Positions 1 through 11,818 of a DNA stretch of 64,000 bases are shown here, in pieces. The notes under the pieces were generated by a model. It was given only the letters and a program-made list of their open reading frames with translations. It made no database searches and was not told the DNA's origin. Origin of the DNA: Hemiscyllium ocellatum (lineage: Eukaryota). The DNA lies in assembly GCF_020745735.1 (NCBI RefSeq), contig NC_083413.1:92739900-92803899 (forward strand), given 5' to 3'. Position 1 is the stretch's first letter; the number at the start of each line of letters is the position of its first letter. Position numbers and translations under genes: made by a program.

Positions 1-29
1 GAAATAAAATACAGCAGTTGTACCAAAAG

Positions 30-1545
30 CACAGCATGATCCCACAGCTCTGCCTTCCCCAATCTCCCACGTGACTCTGGTTCAATTTAATTATTGCAGA
101 ATGAATGAATTACTGACGATCACAGCGACATTGAAATTCACAGACATCACCGCAGAGCAGTTGACCAGAGGCTTGAAACATTAATAAACACATAGGCACA
201 GCAAGATCCCACAAGCAGAAATCTAGCCCCACACACATCGGGGGAGATGCTGGTTAACAGTTGACGTATTTGTGTTAAATCCCAAGGCCCCAGTTACCTT
301 AGCCCCAGGCTTCAAACCTTGTTCAAAAATGACAAGGCCACAATCCAACAGAGGTTAACAAGAGGTCCCAGTAAAGGCCTGCCCCCCTCCCCAGAGCGAG
401 AGGAGATTAAACCTCGGGGTAACACACAGACAAAACTCACCTGGGCCCAACAGCCTGCAGCCTGTCAAACAGGCCACAGGACTGTGTTACCCTTCTGGAG
501 AAAGCTCTTGTTAGGAGGTTTCCTGCTCCCAAAAACACACTTTTCACATCCTCAAGTTGCCACGAAGATCCCTTTGGGAGGAAAGAGGCAGCATTAGTGG
601 GAAGGCTGAGCAGGAAAATCTTTCACAGGGAGTTGGCACAGCAAGATCCCAGGTTCTCCCCGTCAGTGAGACAGTCGATTTCTCAGCAACAAACACAAAC
701 ACGTCTGGCTTTCATGTTGAAACGTTTCTGAAATGACGGGTGAGCTGACTAAAACCGCTCACTGCCTGCAAGGATGGCATTAGGGCATTGACACACAGCA
801 AGATCCCACAGGTGACAGAGCTGCAGAAGCTCGATAAACTGGTCGTTTTTATTTCCAGTTTAGTTATTTCCTGTCACCTTGAATCAAGTATTGCAGCTAT
901 TTCACAATCTCACACGACCCCCTCTCCTGTTTCTCTTGCTCTCACAATTTTCCATTTCTTTCTCTCACTCTCTTTCTCTCCGTGTCGAATGCGATCATCC
1001 TGCCCTCTCAATGACCCACTTTCCTCTGATATTGTGACAATTCTTTCTGAAGGTTCAGATAGTTTGAATTACACTTCCCTCCTGAGGGAGTCCCGTCTCC
1101 CAGATCCTGGGGTTTCACCTGTTTGTGTCAACAATGCCCCGATTACTTTAACCCCAGGCTTCAAACCTGTTTTAAAACCGACAAGGCCGTGATCTGACAG
1201 GACCCAGTTAACCTGAGGCCCCGAAAACCAGGCTCCCAACCACACCAAACCCCCAAATCCCCACTCCCAGAGGAGATAAAACCTCGGCGGAAGAAACAGA
1301 CCCCCACTCACTCACCTAAGCCCCTCGGGCTGCAGCCTGGCCAACAGGCCTCAGGCCTGTGCTTCCCCCACCCCCTCCCCGGAGGTTGTTCTTGTCCAAG
1401 GATTTCCTGGCCCCCAGGCATTTTGGATCTTCACTTTCCTGCTTTCCCAACAAAACTTCCTCGGGATAAAAGAGAGGAGATGAGTTGGTGGGGGGCGGGG
1501 GAATGAGGGCAGTGTGATGCAAAATTACACAGCAAGGTCCCAGTT
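30..1545 (+). repeat. Degenerate mosaic segmental repeat: five copies of CACAGCAAGATCCCA plus a duplicated ~300-bp GC-rich block
   Basis: Motif at 30-44, 197-211, 637-651, 794-808 and 1528-1542 (0-1 mismatch). The block starting CCCCAGGCTTCAAACC occurs at 303 and again at 1152, with further matching segments (GACAAGGCC, AAACCTCGG, CAGCCTG, GGAGGTT). Confidence 0.7.
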
Positions 1546-1628
1546 TAAACACAATCCCACCACCCGCTTCCCCCATCCCCAATACATTTCATAACCTCAC
1601 AGCAGCATCAATATACAAACAAATCATA

Positions 1629-1926
1629 AGATTAGATTACTTACAGTGTGGAAACAGGCCCTTCGGCCCAACAAGTCCACACTGACCCGCCGAAGCGCAA
1701 CCCACCCATACCCCTAACCTAACACTACGGGCAATTTAGCATGGCCAATTCACCTGACCTGCACATCTTTGGGTTGTGGGAGGAAACCGGAGCACCCAGA
1801 GGAAACCCACGCAGACACAGGGAGAATGTGCAGACTCCACACAGACAGTCGCCTGAGGCGGGAATTGAACCCAGGTCTCTGGTGCTGTGAAGCAGTAGTG
1901 CTAACCACTGTGCCACCGTGCTGCCC
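1629..1926 (-). mobile_element. HE1-type tRNA-derived shark SINE
   Basis: Reverse complement begins GGGCAGCACGGTGGCACAGTGGTTAGCACTACTGC (A box), has GGGTTCAATTCC (B box), the central GTGTGGAGT...GGGTTTCCTC domain and a (TAATC)n tail. Confidence 0.9.
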
Positions 1927-1942
1927 TAAGCAATTAACCAGA

Positions 1943-2079
1943 NNNNNNNNNNNNNNNNNNNNNNNNNNNNNNNNNNNNNNNNNNNNNNNNNNNNNNNNNN
2001 NNNNNNNNNNNNNNNNNNNNNNNNNNNNNNNNNNNNNNNNNNNNNNNNNNNNNNNNNNNNNNNNNNNNNNNNNNNNNNN
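1943..2079. other. Assembly gap (N run)
   Basis: 137 consecutive N. Confidence 1.
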
Positions 2080-2429
2080 GCTGCTCACTCTCCATACAGA
2101 GAGAGAATAGGATTTTAGAATGAATCTGACCAATTACTTGTGCACATTTATTCTGGGTGAGAGGTTCAGGAGAGAGAGATTGCCATCAAAAACACTCTTG
2201 ATCAAAGGTACGTTTTTTACCCTTGCAGCAGAAGTCCAAAGACGACCCAGAGAGATCTATAAACAGGAAGATAGAGACTGGAGACGGCAGCTGCTGTCCG
2301 ACTTTGAAAATTAATATCTTGCAAATTTTAATAGGGGTTTATTCGATCAGTATATTGTTATAGAGTTGGACATAGAAAAAAAGATATTTAAAAAAAGCAA
2401 GTTCAGAATTGTAAATAGTTGATGTATAC

Positions 2430-4500
2430 ACAGAACAGTACAGTACAGAACAGATTACTAGGCCCATGACGTTGTGCCAAGGTCTAATCCTAATGTAAAA
2501 TAAAATAATCTAACCTATTCACCCCTCAATTCACTGTTCTCCATGTGCATGTCCAGTAGTCGCTTAATTGTCCCTAATGACACTGCTTCCAACACCATCT
2601 CTGGCAACGCATTCCATGCATTCACAACTCTCTGCATAAAGACCCTACCTTTGACAACCATTTTAACCTTTCTCCTAATAACTTAAAACTCTTCGTGCCA
2701 GTCAATTCTGCCCTGGGGAAAAGTCTCTGGCTATTGACTCTACCTATTACACTCGATCAGGTCTCCTCTCTTCCTCATTCTCTCCAGAGAGAAATGTCTG
2801 AGCTTCGTTAACCTCTCTTCATAAGGCAAGCTCTCCAATCCAGGCAGCATCCTGGTAACCCTCCTTTGCACCCTCTTCAAAGCCTCTGTATCTTTCCTAT
2901 AGGAGGGCAATCAGAACTGGACGCAATATTCCAAGTGTGGTCTCACCGGGGACTTGTAGAGCTGTAGCAAAACCTCTCGGCTCTTAAACGTGACCCCCCC
3001 GTTAAGGAAAGCTAAAACACCATATGCTTTCCTATCATCCCTATCCAGTTGGGTAGCAAATTTGGGGAACTATGTACTTGAACACCTAGATCCCTCTGTT
3101 TCTCCAGACTGCCTAGAAACCTGTCTTTAATGCTATATTCAGCATTCGAGTTCAAGGTTTCAAATTGCATCATTTCGCTTTTATCCAGGTTGAATTTCAT
3201 CTGCCATCTCGCAGCCAACTCTGCACCCTGTCTATGTTGCACTGCAGCCTGCAATAGCCCTCGATGCTATCAATGGCACCTCCAACTTATGTGCCATCTG
3301 CAAATTTACTAACCCACCCCTCATTCTCCTCATCCAAGTCATTTATAAAAACTACACAGAGCAGAGACCCAAGAATAGAGCCCTCTGGGACAACACTCAA
3401 GATTGACCTCCAGGCAGACATTTCCATCTGTACCCACTCTCTGCCTTCTGTCAGCTAACCAATTCTGAAGCCAAATAGCCAAATCTCCCTGTAACCCACA
3501 TCTCCTGACTTAATGAATGAGCCTTCCATGGGGAACCCTATCAAATGCCTTGCTGAAATCCACAAGCACCCCATCCACTGCTCAACCTTCATCGATCTGT
3601 CCTGTTACGCCCTCAAAGAACTCAATAAGATTTACGAGGCATGACATGCCCCTCATAAAACCATGATGACTGCCTTTAATTACGCCATGATTTTTTTAAA
3701 TAGACATAAATCCTATCCCTCAGACTTCTTTCCAAAATCTTGCTGACAACAGACATAAGACTGACTGGTCACTAATTGCCAGGGATTCCCTATTAACCTT
3801 CTTGAAATAAGGAACAACATTCGCCTCCTTCCAATCCTCCATTACGACTCCTGTGGATAGTGAGGAGGCAAATATCCTCACCAGCAGCTTAACAACCTCC
3901 TTTCTTACTTCCCGGAGTAGCCTAGGATAAATCTGGTCTGGTCTTGGGGACATATCAATTTTAATGTTTGCCAAACTTTCCAGCTCATCACCCTCATCAA
4001 TCTTGATCTGTTCCAGCCTGTATCCCAGCTCCTCAATGTTCTCATTCCCAACAAGGCCCCTTTCCTGAGTGAAAAGCAAAGCAAAAAAAAACATTTAGGG
4101 CTTCCCGTGTGTGGTCAGACTCCAAGCACAAGTTCCCTACGCTATCACTGATTGGCTCTAACTTGTCCCCGATCATTCTCCATTCCTTATGTTAAGTAAA
4201 ATGACTTTGGGTTATCCCTAATCCTTTCGTGCTCCCTTCTGGCTCTCCTCAGTCCATTTCAGGGCTCGTTTCTAGCAAGCCTGCAATCCTCTAAAGCTGT
4301 GCTGGATCCTTGCGTCCTCCACCTAATGTAACCTGCCCTCTTTCTTTTGACGAGAAGCCCCTCTGTTCTCGTCATTCAAGGTTCCTTAATCTTACCCTTC
4401 CTTACCTGTCACAGAAGAACAACTTCGTGCATCACTTTAAACAACTGCTCCTTAATAGTCTCCACATGTCTGCTGTGCCCTTTCTGTGGAACAATTGCTC
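2430..4500 (-). mobile_element. CR1-type LINE fragment (RT region and 3' tail)
   Basis: Minus-strand ORF pieces WQMKFNLDK...QRDLGVQVHSS (3012-3254) and DMSPRPDQIYPRLLREVR...DWKEANVVPYFKK (3720-4094) are typical CR1 ORF2. Short-repeat 3' tail near 2430-2460. Confidence 0.85.
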
Positions 4501-4689
4501 CCAGTTTGTACGTCCCAACTCCTGTCTGATCGTGTCATTATTTCATTTTCCCCAATTAAAATGTTCATTTGAATGTTCACTTTTATTTAATATTCACGTT
4601 TCGGGTTACAGAATAAAATTGATAATTTTCTTTAAATAGTGGAATTTGGGAGTCCTCTGTCACGCATACTTTAACAGATTACGAGGCAA

Positions 4690-5110
4690 GGTGAGTTTCT
4701 CTATGTTTGGTTTAAATAGCAGAAGGGTCCAAACAAGATAGCCGCCACGGCCTAGGCCCTGGTCCCGTGAATTAGACTGAGGGCTGAAATCACGGGAGCC
4801 GCTAATTTTTATTCGGTTCGCGGAGCTTTATTGGATATTACCAAGACGGATCGCCTCACTTCCCTATATATGGCTCCATTATTCCTCCGGGACCACCCCC
4901 TCCCCACCATTATCCGACGACTGAAAAGGGGGCCTTCAGTCAATCTGCGCACGCTCCAACGTGCTCAATCCAGCGCCTGCGCAATGGTGTCCTTTGGGGT
5001 AGACACCGAGTGCCCTCTTCAGGAATGCCCTCGAACCTCATCCAGCATCCAGGTCTAAGCGATGGCCATTCAGTCAGATTGTGGTCTTCTCTCACGCACT
5101 TTCCTTCTCT
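4690..5110. promoter_or_regulatory. CpG-rich promoter-like island upstream of the zinc-finger pseudogene
   Basis: Local CpG density is visibly high against a CpG-depleted background. Contains YY1-like CAAGATAGCCGCC (~4735), ATTGG (~4830), CTATATA (~4864) and GCGCA motifs (~4948, ~4979). Confidence 0.4.
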
Positions 5111-5232
5111 GTAATTAGCTTCACAGAATATGTGAAGGGGTCAGTCCGTGGTCAGGAAACAGAGCCAGGTATCATATTAGAATTGGAAATATTGTTTTTT
5201 TTTGATGATCGGAATATTGTTGGATTCTGAAC

Positions 5233-6170
5233 TTGGAAGTAGAAGACACCAATCACAGTGAGGAGAATCTGTGCACCTGACCTGTGTGTATAGGAAATCA
5301 TCTGAACTGTCAAGACACAATCACAGTAACGCTGGGGAGAAATTATGGAAATATGAGAACTGTGAAGAGGGATTCAAATCCCCACCTCAACAGGAAATTC
5401 ATCAACTCACATTGAGGAAACGCCATCCATCTGCTCCAAGTGTGGGAAGGGGTTCACTCAGTCTTCTCAACTGCAGGCAGACCATTGAGTTCACATAGAT
5501 AAAATAATGTTTTAAATGACGGACTGCGGAAAATGCCATAGAAATTGTGGGCAACTGATGTGCTATTGACATATTCGAACGGAGGAGAGCCATTCAGGAG
5601 TTCACACTGCGGCATTAAGTTCAGACAATCATTTCAACTCACTGCATACCAGCGAGATCACACTGGGTAGAGGCTCAGAACCTGCTCTGACTGTGGCAAC
5701 GCGTTCATTCAGTCATCCAGCTGCAGATATATCAGCAACCTCAGACTGTTCCCTGAGCTGAGTGAGAAGGCAATCTGTACCTTATCCTATGTGCAGAAAC
5801 ACTGGTGATTTCACATAGGGGTGAGACCTTTTCGTTGCACTGTGTTTCGGGAGGGATTTGCTCACTCTTCAGCCCTAATGGCAGGCCAGTGAGTTCACAC
5901 TGAGATCAGGTCTTTGAAATGTCCAAACGGTGGGAAGTGCTGTCAAAGTTCCAGGGAACTGATGTTCCAGCAACATGTTCACAGTGATGAGAAATCTTTC
6001 TGGTGCTCTTACTGCAGGACAACGTTCAGTCAATCATCTGACATCAAACATCAGTGAGTTCACACCAGAGAGAGGCCATTCATCTGTAAGAAGGGTCTGT
6101 TCACTCATTCCACCTGCTGAGACACCAATGTATTCAAAAGGAACTACAAAAATGAAATTTTGCTGTTAAC
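5233..6170 (+). pseudogene. Degenerate C2H2 (Kruppel-type) zinc-finger gene
   Basis: Frame-broken fingers and linkers: LEVEDTNHSEENLCT*PVC, HSNAGEKLWKYENCEEGFKSP..EIHQ, PSICSKCGKGFTQSS, HTEIRSLKCPNGGKC...QQHVHSDEKSFWCSYCRTTFSQSS, HTRERPFIC. Multiple stops, frameshifts and lost Cys/His. Confidence 0.85.
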
Positions 6171-7039
6171 TACATCCAGGCCCAAGCCATGTTCACCGAG
6201 TTTGTTTCTGCTCAGGTTAATTAACCTGTGTGAGACAGGTTTGATATCTTGATTAAAAGTCAAATAAATTAGATTTGTATTGATACCTTGAGCCTTTTTA
6301 GCATCTCTGATGCGAGATAATTCCTTTTTGAAGGGTTCACCACCACGGTGGCATTTCACCACCGGCCCGACTGAAGGTTAAAGGTTCAGGGAGTAAGAAG
6401 CCCAGAAATGAACTGGGACAGTCAAGTTTCAATATCTTTAGTAATAACTGGTGAGAAACAAGAAAAAAATCTGACTGAAGTCTGGGCTTTCCTTGTTAGT
6501 GTAAGCCTAGAGGTGAATGTCTCCCTGACCTGTCTAACATTCAACCAGTTTGGTATAAGATGGACTCAGAGAATAGGGACAAATATTCCTCACAACTGAA
6601 GGTGACAAATGCAGCCATTAGAGAAGTAGAAAGGATTTAAAAAGAAGATAGTGAATTATTGTTATAGAACTGAAGAAAATCGAAATGTTGCTAAAAGAAA
6701 CACAAAATTGAACATTTCTGCCTTGCACTAATCAGGATTAGAAGACAAATAACCAAACTGAAACAGGGAAAACCAATTTATGTGAGTGAGAAGGACTGAC
6801 ATGGAAACGTAGCAACGGCTATCAGGATTTGGGTAATCCAAGATGGAGGATGGGAAAAAGTTTTGTTTGTAAGTCCTGCTGGCTTTTGTGGTATTTTCGG
6901 TGTTGGAAGTGAGTTCCTCAAATTCCACAAGCAGTAATTACTGTTCTTAAGTTGTTGTATTGTTTTGGAAGTTTGGGAGAAAAAAATCAAAATAATGGTA
7001 CTTTAAAAAGGAGGAAAAGAACAAAGGTAGCGACCACAT

Positions 7040-7090
7040 GGTCAGGGAGAGAGTGACAGAGACAGAGAGACAGAGAGAGAGAGAGAAGAA
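7040..7090 (+). repeat. GA-rich microsatellite
   Basis: GAGAGAGTGACAGAGACAGAGAGACAGAGAGAGAGAGAGA. Confidence 0.8.
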
Positions 7091-7232
7091 CCTACACTGC
7101 TGTCTGACACAGCCGTGAATTGCACAGTTAATGCCTTTGCTGTTTGAGTTCAAGTGTTTCCGGACATCGGAGTGCGTTGAAGAAAAATTAACAAACAGCG
7201 AAATTCACAGCTGACATTGGAGGAACCTAATA

Positions 7233-7537
7233 GGCGGCACGGTGGTTAGCACTACTGCCTCACAGCGCCAGACACCAGGGTCCAATCCCGCCTCGGGCAA
7301 CTGCTTGTGTGGAGTTTGCACATTCTCCCCGTTTCTGCGTGGGTTTCCTCCAGGTGCTCCGGTTTCCTCCCACAGTCCAAAAATGTGCTGGTTAGGTGAA
7401 TTGGCCATGCTAAATTGAATGTAGTGCAAGGTGAAGTGAAATGTAGAAGAATGGGTCTGGGTGGGTTGCTGTTCGGATGGTTGGTGTGGACTTGTTGTTC
7501 CGAATGGCCTGTTTCCACTCTGTAAGTAATCTAATCT
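7233..7537 (+). mobile_element. HE1-type SINE
   Basis: Same A/B box head, central domain and GTAAGTAATCTAATCT tail as the 1629-1926 copy. Confidence 0.9.
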
Positions 7538-8495
7538 GAAGAGCACAGAAACTGATAAGTGCATGATTTTTAAGTGTAATATTGTTGTCATTTTTAATAG
7601 GGAGTGCAGTGGGTTCTTTTTTGTTATTTTTTTGAGATCTGTCCTTTGATTAAAATTTAAAAATATGAAACTTTGATAATAAGTTAGACTGGACCAGTGT
7701 TTCTAGTGCATAAGACTGTGCTATATTCTGTAGATTGTTAAGGTATAAAGATGGCATTTAGCCGAGCAATTTGTTCTTCCCGTCGGCTGCTCGATATTAG
7801 ATCATTTCCTTATTACTGATGATTGTGTCAGCAGTAATTGTGTTTGGTTCCGAACCGTATCACATCACTTCAATCTGTTGGAGTGGCAGTTTGAGGCACT
7901 GAGGAATTTGCAGGAGTTGGGTGCATCTGACAGATGGTAGTTTATAGGAAGGGAGAAAAAACGCAGATACAGTCAGGTAGATGGATTCCAGCCAAGAAAA
8001 GCAGGAGAGGGAGGCAGGTAGTGCAGGAACCTCCTGTGGCTAAACCCCTCTCAAACAAGTCTGTTGTTTTGGAAAATGTAGGGTGTCATTGCCTTCATGG
8101 GAACGCAGCATGAACAGCCAAGTTTCTGGGACCGAGACAGGATCTAATGTAACTAGGGGTACGTCAGGTTCCAAGCGATCGATTGTGAGAGGGGACTCTC
8201 TAGTCAGAGACACAGACAGATGTTTCTGCGGCCAGCAGCGAGAAATCAGAATGGTGTATCGTCAAGGCAGAATATTCTCAAAGGTCAGTGGAACCAGCAG
8301 CAGGTAATTGTGCACATTGGAACGAATGACACAGGAAGGAAAAAGGATGACATTCTGAAGCGAGGATGCAGAAAGTTAGGCGGGAATTTTAAACGGAAGT
8401 CCTGATGGATAGTAATATCTAGATTATACCCGATGCTGTGAGCTAGTGACGATCCAGCACATGAACGTCTGGGAAGAAGTGAAGACTGCAGATGT

Positions 8496-9550
8496 TGGGG
8501 ATAAGAGTCGAGAACGTGGTGCTGGAAAAGCAAAACATGTCAGGCAGCATTTGAGCAGCAGGAGAATCGACATTTTAGGAAACAGTCCTTCATCAGGAAT
8601 GAGGCTGTGAGCCAAGGGGGTAGAGGGTAAATGGGAGGAGGGTGGGCCTGGGCCAAGTTAGCTGAGAAAACATTAGTTGGATGGAGTTAGGGTAACGGTG
8701 AAAGGTTGGAGGACTGAGTGGAGTGGATAGGTGGGAAGGAAGATGGACAGGTAGGACAGGTCATGAGGGTAGTCTCAATTTGGAAAGTTGTGACTGGGAT
8801 TGGGGCGGATGGTGAGGGGGAGGAGAAGTGAGGAAACTGGTGAAATCCTCATTGATAGCATGTGGTTGCAGTGCCTCAAGGCAGAATGTGAGGCATTCTT
8901 CCTCCAGGCGTTGGGTGGCTTGTGTTTACTGATAGAGGAGGCCCAGGACCTACATGTCCTCGGTGGAATGGGATGGAGAGTTAAGGTTTTCAACTACAGG
9001 GTGGTGGAAAATGTTTGATGTGGGCATCCCGGAGATGTTCTCTGAAGCGCTCAGCAAGTAGGCATCCTGTATCACTGATGTAGAGGAGACCACATCAGGA
9101 GCAACGGATTCAGTGAATGACAATTGTGGAAGTGCAGCGAAAGTTCTGATGGATGTGGAAGGTTTCGTTGGGGCATTTGACGGAAGTGAGAGGGAGTTGG
9201 GGGCACAGGTTTTGCAATTCCTGTGGTGTCAGAGGAAGGTGCCGGGAGGGGAGAGTGGGTTGGTGGGGTGTGGACCTGACAAAGGAATTGCAGAGGGAAT
9301 AGTCTTTACGGAAAGCAGATAAGGGTTTGGAGGGAAATATATCTCTGGTTCTGGTGTCCATTTGTAGGTGGCAGAAATGGTGGAGGTTGATGCAATGTAT
9401 CTGGAGGTTGGTGGGGTGGAAGTGAAGATCGGGGGATTCTGTCCTTGTTTAGCTGTGGGAGCCAGTGGGTTTGTAGAAGATGTCAGTGTTGAGTTGGTCA
9501 CTGTTGATGGAGATGAAGCGGCCCAGGAAGGAGAGGGAGGGCAGCGTCCA
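8496..9550 (-). mobile_element. Penelope-like element family B, 5'-truncated (RT C-terminus, GIY-YIG region, terminal repeat)
   Basis: Minus ORF 9110-9361 PLSAFRKDYSLCNSFVRS...NFRCTSTIVIH matches the PLE linker/GIY-YIG start. Terminal repeat 8496-8600 carries a decayed hammerhead (rc ATTCCTGATGAAGGAC...AAATGTCGATT). Confidence 0.75.
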
Positions 9551-10876
9551 AGATGGATGTGTAGCTGAAAAGCTGGTATATGGGAGAAGGGTTCAAATTT
9601 TAGATCATTGGAAGCCATTCTCGGTTAGAAGTGACCTATACAAGAAGGATGGATTACAGCTGAATTGGAAGGGGACGAATAAACTGGCAGGGAAATTGCT
9701 TCAGCTGCTTGGGAGGATTTAAAGTAGTAAGGTTGGGGGTGGGGGCACGGTGTATGGTTTGGGAGATAGTGAGTAAAGAGATAAATCTGAGACTACTACA
9801 GTTGGGAAGAGGAGCAAGTCAAACTGTCAGGGCAGGCAGGGACAAAGCAGAGATCAATGTAGAACTGATAAATCATCCTGTATTTACTACAATGCAAGGA
9901 GCGAAACAGAGAGGGCAGATTAACTCAGGGCATGGTTAGCAACATAGGACCATAATTCTATTAGTTTTTAAATAGTGATGGAAAAGGACAGACAGGATCT
10001 AACAGTTAAAATTCTAAATTGGAGAAAGGACAATTTTGGCAGTTTTAAGTAAAAACTTTGAAAAGGTGATTGGGTATGGATTTTTGCAGGTAAAGGAATT
10101 GCTGGAAAATGAAGAAGTTTTCAAAAATGCGACAATGAGACAGTGTGTTCCTGTTAGGAGAAAGGCAAAGCTGGTAGATGTGAAGAATGCTGGATGACTA
10201 GTAAAATTGTGGGCTTGGTCAAGAAAAATAAGGAACCATATGTAAGGTATAGACAGAATAGATCGCGTGGATCCTTTGAGTATAAAGTCAGTAGGAGTAA
10301 GAGGGAATTCAGGAGGGCAAAAAGGGGGCATGAGATAGCTCTGGCAAATGGGGATAAGGAGAAACCAAACTGATTCTACAAATACATTCAGGATAAAGGA
10401 GTAACTAGGGAGACGGTAGGGCCCTTCAACATCAGCAAGGCTGCCAATGTGTCGAATTGCATGATATGGGGGAGATACTAAAGAGTATTTACATTACTAT
10501 TTCCTGTGGAGAACGACATGGAAGATATAGAATGTGGGGAAATATATAGTGACATCTTGAAAAATGTCCAGATTACAGAGGAGGAGGTGCTGGATGTCTT
10601 AAAACACATAAAGGTCGGTCAATCTCCAGGAGCTGATATGGTGTACACTTGAACTCTGTGAGAAGCTAGTGAAGTGATTGTTGGGCCTATTACTGAGATA
10701 TTTGTATCATCGATAGTCACAGATGAGGTGCGGGAAGACAGCAGGTTGGCTAACGTGGTGCCACTCTTTAAGAAAGTTGATAAGGACAGGCCAGGGTATT
10801 ATAGCCCAGTGAGCTTGACATCATTTGTGGGCACGTTACAGTTGGAGGGAATCCTGAGGGATAGGATTTACTAGAC

Positions 10877-11785
10877 GTGTTAGTAGAGAGAACACCCAAC
10901 GGAGAATTCACCACAAGGGTACACAGGAAACCAACACACACAGACCAAGTCCTAAACTATGAAAGTAACCACCCCAACACACACAAACGAAGCTGCATCA
11001 GGACACTATTCAAAAGGGCCACAACACACTGCAGTACACCAGAACTGCGAAAAGAGGAAGAGGAACATCTATACAAGGTATTCGCCAAAAACGGATACCC
11101 ACGCAACTTTATCACCAGATGCCTAAGAGATAGACCGAGGAACGAGGACATGCCACAACCAAAAGGACTAGCCACTCTACCATACGTCAGGAGCGTCTCA
11201 GAACTGACAGCCAGACTACTGCGACCCTTAGGACTCATAACAGCACACAAGCCAACATCCACGCTCAGACAACAACTCACTAGAACAAAGGACCCAATAC
11301 CCAGCATGAGCCAAACTAACGTAGTTTACAAAATACCATGCAAGGACTGCACAAAACACTATATAGGACAAAGAGGAAGACAGCTAACAATGCGCATCCA
11401 TGAACATCAGCTAGCCACAAAACGACACGACCAGCTATCTCTCGTAGCCATACACTCAGACAACCAGCAACATGAATTTGACTGGGAAAACACCACTATC
11501 ATAGGACAAGCCAGACAGAGAACAGCCAGAGAATTCCTAGAAGCATGGCATTCATCCCCAAACTCCATCAACAGACACATTGACCTGGACACCATATACA
11601 AACCACTACAGCTGAAACTGACACCCGGAAGCGGCAAGAACATCCATCAACAGACACATCGACCTGGACCCCACATACAAATCACTGCAGCTGTAACTGA
11701 CATCCGGAAGCGGCAAGAACAAACCAATATAAATACCGGAAGGAACATCAAAGCAGCGCTTCACACGAGGCTCCAACAGCACTGA
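10877..11785 (+). CDS. C-terminal part of Penelope RT-thumb/GIY-YIG endonuclease polyprotein (open, 302 aa, no true start)
   Basis: HRKPTHTDQVLNYESNHP..HKRSCIRTLFKRA (RT thumb); NVVYKIPCKDCTKHYIGQRGRQL..RIHEH and REFLEAWH (GIY-YIG motifs). Confidence 0.85.
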   Translation: MLVERTPNGEFTTRVHRKPTHTDQVLNYESNHPNTHKRSCIRTLFKRATTHCSTPELRKEEEEHLYKVFAKNGYPRNFITRCLRDRPRNEDMPQPKGLATLPYVRSVSELTARLLRPLGLITAHKPTSTLRQQLTRTKDPIPSMSQTNVVYKIPCKDCTKHYIGQRGRQLTMRIHEHQLATKRHDQLSLVAIHSDNQQHEFDWENTTIIGQARQRTAREFLEAWHSSPNSINRHIDLDTIYKPLQLKLTPGSGKNIHQQTHRPGPHIQITAAVTDIRKRQEQTNINTGRNIKAALHTRLQQH

Positions 11786-11818
11786 TGATGTTCCCTAGCC
11801 AGGGAACGAAACGTTTGC
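11779..11818 (+). ncRNA. Minimal type-I hammerhead ribozyme motif (PLE family A)
   Basis: GCA-CTGATGA-T-GTTCCC(TAGCCA)GGGAAC-GAAAC-GTT-TGC: 3-bp helix I, intact core, 6-bp helix II, palindromic AAACGTTT in place of helix III, GUU triplet. Confidence 0.75.

Noticed and set aside
30-1545. CACAGCA motifs as cryptic RSSs, or the 15-mer as a CRISPR-like array
   Set aside because: No nonamer at 12 or 23 nt in the copy checked (197), spacing is irregular, and the context is a vertebrate genome.
1725-2133. ORFs such as MAQWLALLLHS and MGCGRKPEHPEETHADTGR (also at 7205-7591, 14025, 24696-25137, 42658)
   Set aside because: Chance frames inside HE1 SINE copies; some span the N gap.
6200-7230. Possible LTR or gag-like sequence around the GA microsatellite
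   Set aside because: No second LTR copy, primer-binding site or convincing protein motif could be established by eye.
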